Shown here: positions 9,172 to 20,052 of the stretch, one piece after another
Layout of the letters: each line of letters begins with the position of its first letter
How positions within the stretch are numbered: position 1 is the first letter of the stretch
Source of the DNA: a virus
Reading direction: 5' to 3' (one strand)
IMG/VR virus record: IMGVR_UViG_3300005805_000042
DNA length: 64,000 bases
Made by a program: the position numbers and the translations under genes
Notes under the pieces: model-generated
The model's input: only the letters and a program-made list of their open reading frames with translations
Told to the model about the DNA's origin: nothing
Database searches by the model: none

Positions 9172-11007
9172 TTATCTCAATTCTCTCAAGTCGAATGTTC
9201 TAACACCATCAACTGTGATTCTACCATAGAACCTGTTATTTACAACCTTCTTAGCGTATCTGGTCATGATACCCTTGATAGGTGTAAAGTTGAATGGGTT
9301 GTACATTGTTGGAGTGAGTTGTAAAGGTACATATGGAGCGTAGATGTATCCAGTATCCAATAATGAAGTACCTTTGTGTCCTAACAACACCTGGTTTGCA
9401 GGGAAGTAAGGGTCACGGTAAACTTGGTATCTACCAGCTAATGTTCCAACTCTCTCAATACCCATGTTATATTGGTCTTGCTCAGGAGCCGCGTTTGATA
9501 CGTGGAAGTACTCCAAGTCATCAAAGATTGCAGAAACCTCAGAAGATACAACAATCCAGTTTGCGCCACCTCTAAGAGTTGACTTGTGGATTTGAGCTGA
9601 AATTTGGTTGATTGCAGTGATAAGAGTTTGGTTCCAGTCCTTTTGAGTGTAAGGAGTTGTACCAGCGTTAAATCTCTTCCATCCGTTGTAGTCCCAACGC
9701 AGGTTCCAAGATGCAGCCTTTCTCAAGTCTCTTAAGATTTCACGGTCAATTTCCGCAGCAACTTGCTCCGACAACAAAGCTGTAAGCTCAGCTTCAGCGT
9801 CGATGTTGTGGAATGCAGCTACGTCTTGAGCCATTTCAGGAGACCATTGTGCTCTAAGTTTTCTTTCAGTAACCGAAACAGTCACAGACTGAAGGTCAAA
9901 TGAAACTTCACCAATTTTATCTTCGAATTCAAGACTCTTATAGATTCTATAAGTCGCCAAGAATGCGTTGTTGTTAGCAGTTGAAGAAGAGAATGTAGAA
10001 CCGGTATATCCGTCAAGTGAAGAATCTCCACAAGTAATACATACAGGAACCTGTAAATCAACTTCAAGGTAAATTTTACCATCTGCAGTACAAGTATCGT
10101 AATATCCACCACCACCAGTCCTACTTTGAGGAAAAGCTAAAGTTTCATTCGAACCATATTGTACAATACCCTTACCGTATTTTTGAGTGACAACTCTGAA
10201 CAAGTAGTTATTTGAAGTGTTTGCAGAAGTTGTAGTGTTTCCTGAAAAACCACGAATTTGAAGGTCAGTTAAGAATTCTTCAGTATCCATTGGTTGACCA
10301 TTTGGACCAATCAATTGACCAGCGCCAGCAGATGCGAAACCATTCAATTCAATTAGAACTTTTCTGTAGTCACTCAAACCGTATCCAGAAACTGCTAATT
10401 GGTCACCAACCCAAACTACTGTTTTAACACCACCAGCAATTGGGGTAGAACCGTCTTCGCTAATTGTGACACCTGGAGTTAAAGCTGAAAATGAACCCTT
10501 AGAGTAGTCGTAAAGACCTGGAGGGTCTAAAGCAGGTTCGTTACCTTCGTAGAATCTATCGTAAAGGTCTTTTTGTGTGTTATAGTCATAACCACTGCTT
10601 GGAGTTTGGTCCGAATTTGCGTTAGGTGCCCCAAAAGGTGCGAAGTGCTCATTCAAAGCTCCTGTTTGATAAGACTGAATGTTTGGTACAAAGTAGAACA
10701 ACTTACCGATAGGAAGATTCATTGCTTGTACTGAAACGATGTCGTTAGCCAAAAGCTTAGAGAATACTCTCCTTACAATTGGGAATACAACAGTTTCGAA
10801 TGAACCGGTATCAGCAGTCGAAGCTGCTTCGTTAATCAAATATGACGCTTGGTTTTCATACAACTGTGCGATATTTTCTTTTAGGTGTCCGTTAAGCCCG
10901 TCAAGGAAACCTAACTTGTCCCATTTGTTAATTGTATCTTCTTTGATAACTTTAAGGTGCTTAAGACCGATGTTACCAACAAGACCACTTTCTAATAATG
11001 CTCCCAT
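9172..11007 (-). CDS. Major capsid protein (T4 gp23-like)
   Basis: Motifs FPIVRRVF, VSVQAMNLPIGKLFY, RKLRAQWSPE.AQD, AEAELTALLSEQVAAEIDREI, YAPYVPL, GIMTRYA. Confidence 0.97.
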   Translation of the reverse strand: MGALLESGLVGNIGLKHLKVIKEDTINKWDKLGFLDGLNGHLKENIAQLYENQASYLINEAASTADTGSFETVVFPIVRRVFSKLLANDIVSVQAMNLPIGKLFYFVPNIQSYQTGALNEHFAPFGAPNANSDQTPSSGYDYNTQKDLYDRFYEGNEPALDPPGLYDYSKGSFSALTPGVTISEDGSTPIAGGVKTVVWVGDQLAVSGYGLSDYRKVLIELNGFASAGAGQLIGPNGQPMDTEEFLTDLQIRGFSGNTTTSANTSNNYLFRVVTQKYGKGIVQYGSNETLAFPQSRTGGGGYYDTCTADGKIYLEVDLQVPVCITCGDSSLDGYTGSTFSSSTANNNAFLATYRIYKSLEFEDKIGEVSFDLQSVTVSVTERKLRAQWSPEMAQDVAAFHNIDAEAELTALLSEQVAAEIDREILRDLRKAASWNLRWDYNGWKRFNAGTTPYTQKDWNQTLITAINQISAQIHKSTLRGGANWIVVSSEVSAIFDDLEYFHVSNAAPEQDQYNMGIERVGTLAGRYQVYRDPYFPANQVLLGHKGTSLLDTGYIYAPYVPLQLTPTMYNPFNFTPIKGIMTRYAKKVVNNRFYGRITVDGVRTFDLRELR

Positions 11008-11037
11008 TTTAATTTTTGTTTTTAGGAATTTATATTT

Positions 11038-12561
11038 TTAGAGTTTATTCATTAAATCCTTAATTCTTAAGAATTGTGGATTTTCATATGTTTTAGACTC
11101 AATCAAGGTTGTAGATGAACCAGAAGTTTTTGCTGTGTTCAACTGCCTTTCAACACTTTCAGAAATATTTTTCGTTTCAGTGTTGGAAAGTTCATCCTTG
11201 ACAGTTTTGTAGAGTTGTTTTGATTCTTTAAGTGATTCTACAGAATCAAATCTTCTCAGGATATTTATTTTTTCTTTTTTGGTAGTGGAATGCTCAGTAA
11301 ACAATCTTGTAGCATATGCCAAGTTCGAGTTAAAAACAGCAACTTCGTTGAGTTTTTCTCTAAAGACATTAAGAGCCTTTCTGTACTCTTCATTCTTTTC
11401 TCTTAACAAATTTAATTCTACTTCAACAGCTTCTACTTTTACACCATTATCACCATAAACATAATTTCTGTTATTTGTGATACCTTTTCTTAACCCTCTA
11501 CCTTCTTTCGACCCCATACCATAAGTTCTAGCAGCCTCTTTTGTTTCCTCCTTGGTTTCATAGTCTTTCTTGCCATGATTCGTTTCAGATTTGTCACCTT
11601 TGTTACCACCAAACTTTCCTTCGTAGTCTTTGTAGTGTCCATCTTTACCCTCACCAGCTTTCTTTTCAACACCGTCTACTTTCTTACGTCTGTATTCGCG
11701 TTTCTTAGAATCTTCTCCTATTTCACCCTCTTTGAATTCAAATTTTGCTTTACCAGTACCCATAGCTTTAGGTCCAGCCTTTTTGTGGTCATCAAATCCT
11801 TTTTTTGGTAAAGTACTATCGTACTTAAATTTAGGATGACCCATACCTACGCCTTTTGGTTTTACAGTCATTTTAGCTTCTTCAAGGTTATATTCCTCAT
11901 GTGAGGATTCTCCCATCTCTTCCATAGATTCTTCATCCATGTATTCAGAGAGGTCCAATTCTTCCTCATCCATTTCTATCTCATACATGACTTCGTCTTC
12001 TTCCATAGTTTCAGACGACGAATAAAGAGCATCCAAAACAGCATCCAAGTCAGGGTCTTCTTCAACATCAAGTTCGTCGAATTCCATTTCTTGTTCTTCT
12101 ATTTCCATCTCTTCCATCATATCCTCTTCATCATCCATTTCAGACTCGTCGAGTTTTACAATGTATTCAACATCTTCATTATCGTCGGTAATGTGAACCA
12201 TACCTTCGTCTTTTACAACTACGATTCCATCTTCAGGTCCCATAGCTTTAAAAGCCTTAATAACTTCATCATCAGACATATCTGTCATATCGATAGTTTC
12301 TTCATCCGAATCAAAATCCATATTGAATTCATTATCAGAATCTTCCATATTATCAACATCGCTATCCATATCAAAATCCATGTCTAGCTCAGTATCAACT
12401 TCAACCTCATCTTCTTGTTCGGAAAGAGATTCCTTTACTAACTGACTGATTTCTTCCTTCATTGTAGAAGCAAGTATTCCTTTTGCGTTTTCGGCAATGA
12501 CTTCTTCAACATTTCTCATTTGAATAAGTGCCTCTTCAACTAAATTTTTAGTTTCTTGCAT
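11038..12561 (-). CDS. Prohead core/scaffold protein
   Basis: Acidic coiled-coil protein between the protease and capsid genes; many LxE sites. Confidence 0.85.
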   Translation of the reverse strand: MQETKNLVEEALIQMRNVEEVIAENAKGILASTMKEEISQLVKESLSEQEDEVEVDTELDMDFDMDSDVDNMEDSDNEFNMDFDSDEETIDMTDMSDDEVIKAFKAMGPEDGIVVVKDEGMVHITDDNEDVEYIVKLDESEMDDEEDMMEEMEIEEQEMEFDELDVEEDPDLDAVLDALYSSSETMEEDEVMYEIEMDEEELDLSEYMDEESMEEMGESSHEEYNLEEAKMTVKPKGVGMGHPKFKYDSTLPKKGFDDHKKAGPKAMGTGKAKFEFKEGEIGEDSKKREYRRKKVDGVEKKAGEGKDGHYKDYEGKFGGNKGDKSETNHGKKDYETKEETKEAARTYGMGSKEGRGLRKGITNNRNYVYGDNGVKVEAVEVELNLLREKNEEYRKALNVFREKLNEVAVFNSNLAYATRLFTEHSTTKKEKINILRRFDSVESLKESKQLYKTVKDELSNTETKNISESVERQLNTAKTSGSSTTLIESKTYENPQFLRIKDLMNKL

Positions 12562-12683
12562 AAAAATTGTTTTTAATTTACCTTATAAATAGTTCTGTAA
12601 ATAAAAAAATCCGTTTATAAACCCCCTTCTTTACGAAAAAGATTTAAAACGGACAAAAAAAAGGTGGAAAACCACCTTTTAAG

Positions 12684-12893
12684 TTATTCGATTACTTCGT
12701 CAATTTTGCTTTCCACAACTGAAACGATACGCCATTCGTGTTGGAACCCCGTATATTTCTTTGTTACTTTAGCTTCGACATCGGTAACTGAGAAACCATT
12801 AACAAGTTTCTCTTCTCTGATTTTTTTAATTCGTCCTGAATTTTCATCAGGTAAATCATAAACCACTTTAGCTACAAAAAATTTCTCATCCAT
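12684..12893 (-). CDS. Small conserved hypothetical protein
   Basis: 69 aa in the head operon; followed by a GGTGG-AAAA-CCACC terminator-like hairpin. Confidence 0.7.
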   Translation of the reverse strand: MDEKFFVAKVVYDLPDENSGRIKKIREEKLVNGFSVTDVEAKVTKKYTGFQHEWRIVSVVESKIDEVIE

Positions 12894-12912
12894 AATTATT
12901 AATTCATTTTAG

Positions 12913-13629
12913 TTAACGATTTAAATAATCGGTTAATTTTTTCATTAAATCAACTGACTTGCTCATTCCTGAGTCAGAAATTTTTTGATTTTTTTCTTCA
13001 TCGAGGTTTTCCTCGTACATTGACCTCTCTTCGGGGGAGTTAAATAGGTAAGCACCAGGGGTTGACGGGGAAGAGACCAAGTCAAAACAAATTAACTCAA
13101 AATCGTCTTGAACTTCATTTTGTTCTCCTTTTTTTGCCAATGACCCTACACCACGAGATGAAACACCCATTGTCACACCTTGTCTAATGAGGTTTGCGGC
13201 GATATCTCCCTTAGTTGATACAATACCACTCTCGTGAAACCCAGGAGATGTTAGAAGTTTTAATTTACCCATAAGAATGTGACCATCCCACCATATGTCT
13301 GTAATAAGGTGCGATACTCTATCCAAATCAATCAATGATGATTCTGGATGATTTAACTCAGAGGTTGATAAACCTTTTTTGATTGCGGTTTTGTATCTAT
13401 CGGATTCTCTTTTTAAAATTCTTTCAGGGTATACTCTTCCATTTCTATTTGGGACACCGTATTTTTGAAGAACAGCATAAAATTCAAATGGGTTTCTATA
13501 ATCCATTTGTTTTTGTTCCTTCAAAAAAGATTCGTTAAGTGGGTCAGATGGTGAAATGTAACCTGCGTCCATTTCAATTAAAATTCCCTTACCTGTTTCT
13601 CTTGGCCCAAGAATGTGTAAATCTTTCAT
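12913..13629 (-). CDS. Prohead protease (T4 gp21-like)
   Basis: Motifs NRNGRVYP, ELNHPES, GVSSRGVGS, FDLVSSPSTPGAY. Confidence 0.95.
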   Translation of the reverse strand: MKDLHILGPRETGKGILIEMDAGYISPSDPLNESFLKEQKQMDYRNPFEFYAVLQKYGVPNRNGRVYPERILKRESDRYKTAIKKGLSTSELNHPESSLIDLDRVSHLITDIWWDGHILMGKLKLLTSPGFHESGIVSTKGDIAANLIRQGVTMGVSSRGVGSLAKKGEQNEVQDDFELICFDLVSSPSTPGAYLFNSPEERSMYEENLDEEKNQKISDSGMSKSVDLMKKLTDYLNR

Positions 13630-13655
13630 TATATTGTTTTAAAATAAATATAATG

Positions 13656-14108
13656 TTAGTTCATAGTTTTTATTTTTATCTTTTCTTTACTCGAAGTAAA
13701 TGTGAAGTAATCATTTTTAATAACACAATCTTTATAAATTTCTCTTATAATTTTTTTTATTGCATCTTTAAGAATTGAACCTTTGAAATCTATTTCTGTT
13801 TTTGTAAAAAGATTTATCTCAAGATTCATAAAAGATTTTTTACCTAATTGAATCCCACTAGTTCTAAGGTCTAAATCAACAATAAATTTTTCTGCGAAAA
13901 GTTCTCTATTAATACTCTCATAAACACTGTGTTTAACATTTCTTGAAAGACCACCCACTATACGGTCCCAATTTTCCATTTCGACTTTTGGGGCTACCCA
14001 TGTTTGCATGTTTATGTAAAGTGATTTTAGCTGTTTTGAATCTACTGTTCCGTATTGAGTTTTAATTGATTCATATTGGTTAATCTTAACCGTTTTTCCT
14101 TTTTTCAT
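13656..14108 (-). CDS. Hypothetical protein
   Basis: 150-aa ORF. Confidence 0.7.
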   Translation of the reverse strand: MKKGKTVKINQYESIKTQYGTVDSKQLKSLYINMQTWVAPKVEMENWDRIVGGLSRNVKHSVYESINRELFAEKFIVDLDLRTSGIQLGKKSFMNLEINLFTKTEIDFKGSILKDAIKKIIREIYKDCVIKNDYFTFTSSKEKIKIKTMN

Positions 14109-14186
14109 TCATATTCAGATTGGAATCTGTTTATTTTTTTATAAATCATAACAAACTTTTACCCCAAATCCAAATATTTCTATTAT

Positions 14187-14372
14187 ATGTTAATAGTACA
14201 GGTAGACAAAAATATTGAAAAAGCACTCAAGATGCTCAAGTCTAAAGTAATTAAAACCAAACAGAATCAGAAACTAAATTCTTTAAAAGAATACCAAAAA
14301 AAATCTGTTAAAATAAGAGCCGAAAAAATCAAAGCTTCTTATCTTCAAAAGTTTAAGAATCAAGAAGAATAG
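14187..14372 (+). CDS. rpsU: Ribosomal protein bS21 (phage-encoded)
   Basis: MLIVQV..NIEKALK.LK.K......L...KEYQKKSVK.R....KA.Y.Q matches the Bacteroidota bS21 pattern. Confidence 0.85.
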   Translation: MLIVQVDKNIEKALKMLKSKVIKTKQNQKLNSLKEYQKKSVKIRAEKIKASYLQKFKNQEE

Positions 14373-15060
14373 ACTCTTCTAATCTCTTTAACTTTACATA
14401 ATTAACTTGGTCAAATTTTTCAATTTCAATCCTTTCAATCGTTTCGTTAATTTTGGATTTAATATCCGATTCCTCTTGTTTGGTAAGTAATACTTTCAAT
14501 TTGTTAATTGTCGATTCTTTAAGTGTTGTGTACTCAATTTCTAAGTCTTCATTCTTTGATGCCAAAATATAGAATACCTCTTTTTTTGTTGCCTCATCTA
14601 AACTCTCAATATATTTTCCAATAGTTTGATTGGCAATCGAAACCATTGATTTTAAAGGAATTTTAGGACTTTCATTTAAACCTTTTGTGGTTAACATAAG
14701 ATTATCGATTAACATTTTCTTTGACGACAACCTTTCGTGAATATTCACATTTTCAAAATATACCAAATTATCAATATTTTGGTAAATATTTGGGGATTTT
14801 TCCCCATTTTTTGGTAATGAAGTATTTTCTAATAAATGTCTAATTACATTTACAGACTCTTCTAAGAATTCTTTAGCATCGTTTTCAGATAAACCTTGTG
14901 GTATATTAAGGTCATCATAAATGGAATAAACCTTTGAAAATGATTTATTGTTCAAAACATTATGTTTGAATTCTTTTAATGTTTGCTTGAAAGTAGAGGA
15001 ATCTTTGTAAGACTCTACCAAGTTTTTTTCGATAATAGATTTAATTTGTCCGAAAGTCAT
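14353..15060 (-). CDS. Hypothetical late protein (head module)
   Basis: 235 aa; minus-strand TATTTAT at 15081-15087. Confidence 0.75.
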   Translation of the reverse strand: MTFGQIKSIIEKNLVESYKDSSTFKQTLKEFKHNVLNNKSFSKVYSIYDDLNIPQGLSENDAKEFLEESVNVIRHLLENTSLPKNGEKSPNIYQNIDNLVYFENVNIHERLSSKKMLIDNLMLTTKGLNESPKIPLKSMVSIANQTIGKYIESLDEATKKEVFYILASKNEDLEIEYTTLKESTINKLKVLLTKQEESDIKSKINETIERIEIEKFDQVNYVKLKRLEESILLDS

Positions 15061-15087
15061 GAGGTCGTATTTATTCTCTAATAAATA

Positions 15088-16953
15088 TTAGGAATTTAAC
15101 AACTTATCTAACTCGTCTTCTATTTTACCTAAACTTTGTTGTGCAATACCTAAATTTAGAAACTGATTACCATACAAACCAGTTTCTATCAAAATATTCA
15201 TATCTTTATTTTGTGTTGATTCTGGCGTAATTTCACCTTCTTCAGGGGTTGTTGCACCCAAGTCTGGTGTTTCACCAGTTAAGTCACCACCAAGGTCCGC
15301 ACCAAGGTCCGCACCAGCATCAAAACCACCACCACCAAACGCTGCTGCGGCTGGTTCAGAGGTTTCTCCAGGAGGTGCTTGTGGCGCCCCTTCACCAGGT
15401 TTATTTCCATACAACTTATCAAGTTGGTCAAACAATCCTGTTTTAGAGATTACTGTCGGAGTGTTTTTTAATTCCTCACCAATGGCTCTTTCCATTCTCT
15501 GTTGTAGAAGGTCAGTTCTTATTTCATCATCTGACCAATTGAAAATGTGTTTCTTAGCCCATGTAGATGAAGCTGGTTGAATACCATTTCCGGGGTCTGA
15601 AACTAAATCACGATACAAAAGAACTTTTTCTTTCCATATATCAACCTTCAGTAAGTCAGCTTGTGTTGATGGATTTGTAAGACCTAAAGTAAAATTAGAA
15701 ATTTCTTCTTCAAAACCAAGTAGAAATAAATGGATAATTGCAACCTTATTAAGTTCTTGCAACATCGACTTTTGAATTCTATTAATGGTTCTCGCAAATC
15801 GGATATCCATCAATGCTAAAGTTTTACCGTCACCAACAACTTCTTCAAAACCTAAAAAGGCCTTGGGAATTCTAAGTGCGGTAACAAGTTTTTTCTGAAT
15901 GTATTCAATGTCAGCAATCTCTGAAAGATTCTGTGCTCCAGGCAAAGTTTCAATTGGAGATGGTTGTGCTGGGTCTCTAACAGGAATGAAAAAATCTTGG
16001 TCTACAGCCATTTGGTTAAACCTCATATCAACATTGCCTGTTTTGGAATCAACAATTTGTTCCCTTTTGAACTTGTTAGCAACCCGTTGTACATAAGCCT
16101 CGACATCATCATCGTTCATGTTTCCAACATAAACTTTGAAAATTCTTCTTTCAGGGGCTCGTGAGGTACGATAAATCAACATCGCATCTTCAGATAACAA
16201 AAGTTGTTTCCAAATGCGACGAGATTTTTCCAACATTGAGGTACCATATGGGAGTTTTCTGTCGTCCCCTAATAATCTGAAGTGAGCAATTTCCCAAGTT
16301 TGAAATTCCATATTTTGGGTTTTCCAAGTAAACCTTAACCCTTTGTCTTCAGTATCATTTTTTGTGACACCAACCGATGCATTTCTTGTTGACAAACCTT
16401 GTTCAAATCTCTCAATTTCGATGTTAGGTAGTTGTTGACATCCAACAACACCTTTTTCAGGGTCTAATCTCATATAAACGAAATTATCACCGTACTTACA
16501 GGTGTTTCTTGTCCACATGGGTAGATTAGTGTTGATGTCTAAAGAATTATTAAATAAATCTGATAAAACGGATTTGATTCTTTTTGATTCAGAATAAATT
16601 TGAAGAATTTGACCATCTTCGTTTGGTGTGGTAGATTCTTCAGCGTAGATATCTAAGGCCGCAGAAATTTCCGGAGTGTACTCCATAGATTCGTAATCGT
16701 AATACGAAGCCAAACGATTTGGTTCATAATATACGGCTTGAGTGTAGAGGTTATTTTCAACTTTAGCAAATTGATTTGCTAAATAAAATGATTGTTTGGC
16801 TTGAAGTTTTTCCCTTTCGTATTCAGTTTTATCAGTAGTTCTGAGTAATTCCTTTTTATCTAACTTGTAAACAGGAAAATCTTGATTCATCAAGGCATTA
16901 GGACCCAAAGCCCTTGTTAACCTCTGCCAAACCGTTAAATTTCTATTTTCCAT
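15088..16953 (-). CDS. Portal protein (T4 gp20-like)
   Basis: Motifs PEISAALDIYAEE, LPYGTSMLE, EDAMLIYRTSRAPERRIF, LPGAQNL..I.DIEY. Confidence 0.95.
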   Translation of the reverse strand: MENRNLTVWQRLTRALGPNALMNQDFPVYKLDKKELLRTTDKTEYEREKLQAKQSFYLANQFAKVENNLYTQAVYYEPNRLASYYDYESMEYTPEISAALDIYAEESTTPNEDGQILQIYSESKRIKSVLSDLFNNSLDINTNLPMWTRNTCKYGDNFVYMRLDPEKGVVGCQQLPNIEIERFEQGLSTRNASVGVTKNDTEDKGLRFTWKTQNMEFQTWEIAHFRLLGDDRKLPYGTSMLEKSRRIWKQLLLSEDAMLIYRTSRAPERRIFKVYVGNMNDDDVEAYVQRVANKFKREQIVDSKTGNVDMRFNQMAVDQDFFIPVRDPAQPSPIETLPGAQNLSEIADIEYIQKKLVTALRIPKAFLGFEEVVGDGKTLALMDIRFARTINRIQKSMLQELNKVAIIHLFLLGFEEEISNFTLGLTNPSTQADLLKVDIWKEKVLLYRDLVSDPGNGIQPASSTWAKKHIFNWSDDEIRTDLLQQRMERAIGEELKNTPTVISKTGLFDQLDKLYGNKPGEGAPQAPPGETSEPAAAAFGGGGFDAGADLGADLGGDLTGETPDLGATTPEEGEITPESTQNKDMNILIETGLYGNQFLNLGIAQQSLGKIEDELDKLLNS

Positions 16954-16995
16954 TCTTACTCAAACTTAATCCCTTATGGATTATTATAAATACTT

Positions 16996-18756
16996 TTACC
17001 TTCCAAATAACCAACCATACTTTTGATAATCATTTCGGGTAGCCTGATAATTTTTAGAGTGATTCATCCCCGAATGATTAAATTGTGGTAAAGAAGGATT
17101 AAAATATTCGGATTTTTCTTTATTTTCGGTAACAATAGTAGACCAAGAATCCAACATTGCTTTTGTATGGTTTACAACCTTAACCAATGAGGGGAATGCC
17201 GCTTCCGCAACATAAGTCGCCATTGCAATTGACATAATACAATCATCATGGTGACCTTTTTGGTGGTCAGGTCGACCATTGATATAAATAAAAGTCCCCA
17301 TTTCATTTACCAACCTACTCGACCTTACTTTAAATTCATGACGGAGGGATTCTTCAAAGGAAGCGATGATTTGAACCCTTTTATTGTTAAAATTAATTCC
17401 AGGTATTTTTTCCTTGACTCTTGGGTCATATTTCCATTTATTTGACATGTCAACCCCATCATAGAAAAAATTTTCATAACCCATTTCTTGGAGTTTTCTT
17501 GCCGTTGCGACCCCCATACCACCAGTCAAATCTATAACACACAATGCACTATACATAATACCCCACTTGTATGCAATTTCGGCTAATGTATCGGGCGGTA
17601 ATTTTCCAACAAATTCTAATACTTGTTCTTTTTCATCAAAATCAATAATTACAAAACAAGAAAAGTCTTCAGAGTCTCCCCGAGAAACATCTATACCCAT
17701 AACATATTTGTGACCATTTACAGGTTCTTTCCAAATCCATAACTGTCCACCTATCAATTTGGCACTTGGTTCCTTAATATCATTTTTTTGGATATTCTGT
17801 AAAAGTTCGGAATCAAACACATTGTCACCTGAACCCAAAAAGTTACATTCTAATTCTTGTGCAACTTTTCTTCTATCATATTTTAGTTTTTTAACCATAC
17901 TTTCTAACCAAGATGAGCATGGTTTATAACCGTCTTCAATATATTTGTGTAAAGTATCTAAATTTCTTTCTTTTCTATTTTCAAGTGATAAATCAATAAT
18001 ACTATCTAATGGGTATTCATGTTTGTTAAGAAGGTAATGAACTAAGTCTTTAGTTTTAACCATATACAAATCTTTTGTATATCGAGGGTCACGATACCAA
18101 TACATTTCAGTGATTTTGAAATCATTCATACCACGAAGAGCTTGGTCATAAATTTCATAGTAAATTGCGTCAAAACCATTAGGTGTTGAAATTACAACAA
18201 CTTTACCACCTGTAGAAAGAGATGCCATACAAGCCGCCCAAAAATCACTATCAGCCTCAATAAACGCGGCTTCGTCAAAAATTAATGTTGTGGGGGTGTA
18301 ACCACGAAGTGCATCTTTTGAAGTTGCAACAGCTTTTACTTCACATCCGTTTGATAGTTTAAAGTGACGAGCGGAATTTTTTTCAGGTGCAAACCCAATT
18401 CCGACCCAACTTGGCCATTGTTCGGTGAATCCACGAATTTTGTTCGCAAATTCTACCGAAGTATCTAATTTATTTGCAATTATAAGAACTTTTTCAGGTT
18501 TTTCTTTTCTCGCAAATGCTAGTCGTTTACTTGCCCAAGCGGCGGTAACTGTCGATACCCCTGCTTGACGATACTTCAGGGCAATATTTTCATTGTACTC
18601 CTCATAATCTTCGACAAGCTGAACTTGGTCTTGAAACAATTCCAAAGGTACATACCGAGAGACCGTATTATCGTAAGTTTGTAAATAAGTCTTCAGCGCA
18701 TACGGAGTGCTTTTCATGCACTTTTTATACTCAATAATAACTTGTTCTTTTGTCAT
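16996..18756 (-). CDS. Terminase large subunit (gp17-like)
   Basis: Walker A region KYRQAGVS, Walker B IFDEAAFI, STPNG, nuclease GIDVSRG and HDDCIMS. Confidence 0.96.
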   Translation of the reverse strand: MTKEQVIIEYKKCMKSTPYALKTYLQTYDNTVSRYVPLELFQDQVQLVEDYEEYNENIALKYRQAGVSTVTAAWASKRLAFARKEKPEKVLIIANKLDTSVEFANKIRGFTEQWPSWVGIGFAPEKNSARHFKLSNGCEVKAVATSKDALRGYTPTTLIFDEAAFIEADSDFWAACMASLSTGGKVVVISTPNGFDAIYYEIYDQALRGMNDFKITEMYWYRDPRYTKDLYMVKTKDLVHYLLNKHEYPLDSIIDLSLENRKERNLDTLHKYIEDGYKPCSSWLESMVKKLKYDRRKVAQELECNFLGSGDNVFDSELLQNIQKNDIKEPSAKLIGGQLWIWKEPVNGHKYVMGIDVSRGDSEDFSCFVIIDFDEKEQVLEFVGKLPPDTLAEIAYKWGIMYSALCVIDLTGGMGVATARKLQEMGYENFFYDGVDMSNKWKYDPRVKEKIPGINFNNKRVQIIASFEESLRHEFKVRSSRLVNEMGTFIYINGRPDHQKGHHDDCIMSIAMATYVAEAAFPSLVKVVNHTKAMLDSWSTIVTENKEKSEYFNPSLPQFNHSGMNHSKNYQATRNDYQKYGWLFGR

Positions 18757-18762
18757 AATTTC

Positions 18763-20052
18763 TTAGTCAGGACGGGAAATTCCCAAACCTGATAAGAAAT
18801 CTAAACCATCATCTTCGGAATCTTCGTCCGTGTCAAAACTTTCGTATTCCTCCTTATTTTGTTTTGCAATTGTAATCAACTCACGAAAAGAGTCGGTAGC
18901 CTTTGCAATTTTTTTGGTGTCTTCGGAAATTGCATTTCCAACAATTTCTAAAAATTCCTCAGCAGGGAGTTTATAAAGTTCCATTTGGAACCAATTAATC
19001 AAACCTTTGTTTTGTTCATCATAAACTTCATCAGGTAACGCAAAACGAATTTTTTCAACAATTTGCGGTCCAATTCTAAGGGACCATGCTTCCATAGGTA
19101 AAGTATCGGTTTGACCCATAACTTTTTCACGAGTTGTGGGGTCTTCAGGTAAACCATAACGACCTTTAGCCTCTTCCAATCCTTTGATTATTTCATGACA
19201 CACAATGGGAAACAACATCCCGTAAGCTTTAATTACGGTATCGGGAGAACTATCACCATCCTCGTCTTCAAAACCATCATCTCCGGCGTCCTCAAGTTCA
19301 ACCTTGCCAGCAACTCCTTGACCTGTAGCACCCATCATCTCAATCATTTGTTCCATGGTAAAGTACATAAAATCATTCAAGGACATTATCTCCAAATATG
19401 CGGGATAAAGTCTTGGGTCTATTTCATCGAGTTTTTTTCTAATTTCAGGTTTTTGAAAAAGATAGTGACCTTTTTTTGCTGACCCTTGGATAATTGCGTT
19501 AATAATATTTCTCTTATGCTTTTCTAATTCTAAAACTTCTTCAGGGGTTACCTCATCGATGTCAAAACCTGAATCAATCATAATCTTTTGAGCGTCCTCT
19601 TCGTTTTTTTCCTCTAACTCCTCGGCTTCGTATCTAAAGTTACTAACATCGATTGTTTCACGATTCAAATTTGCCTCAACAATAAACCAATCAGAGGGTA
19701 CTTGGGTATCTTCCAAACAAGCCTCGATTGCCAAGTTTTCCAAATCATCCCTGTGTCTTGATTCAATTTGCATAACTTGGGGTACTTTCTGATACATTTC
19801 AGAAATTAACATCCTTCCCAACATTTGAGAATTAATTGTTTCTCTTCCTGTAACCTCTCGAACTTTGTCCACAACTTGTTTAAATCGGTTTGTAACCAAT
19901 CTTTGTACATCTTCAGAACCTTTTCCCATTGCAGGATTTTTTGCGTAAGGACTCTCAGGGTCTCGGAGTTTTCTTTCGAGACTTGGGTCCATACGCTCGG
20001 GATAATCCCCGTAATCGATTTGTTCTTGAATTTTTCTATTTTTTGCCATCAC
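18763..20052 (-). CDS. Hypothetical protein, probable head-associated
   Basis: 429 aa in the structural operon; N-terminal KIQEQ. Confidence 0.75.
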   Translation of the reverse strand: MMAKNRKIQEQIDYGDYPERMDPSLERKLRDPESPYAKNPAMGKGSEDVQRLVTNRFKQVVDKVREVTGRETINSQMLGRMLISEMYQKVPQVMQIESRHRDDLENLAIEACLEDTQVPSDWFIVEANLNRETIDVSNFRYEAEELEEKNEEDAQKIMIDSGFDIDEVTPEEVLELEKHKRNIINAIIQGSAKKGHYLFQKPEIRKKLDEIDPRLYPAYLEIMSLNDFMYFTMEQMIEMMGATGQGVAGKVELEDAGDDGFEDEDGDSSPDTVIKAYGMLFPIVCHEIIKGLEEAKGRYGLPEDPTTREKVMGQTDTLPMEAWSLRIGPQIVEKIRFALPDEVYDEQNKGLINWFQMELYKLPAEEFLEIVGNAISEDTKKIAKATDSFRELITIAKQNKEEYESFDTDEDSEDDGLDFLSGLGISRPD

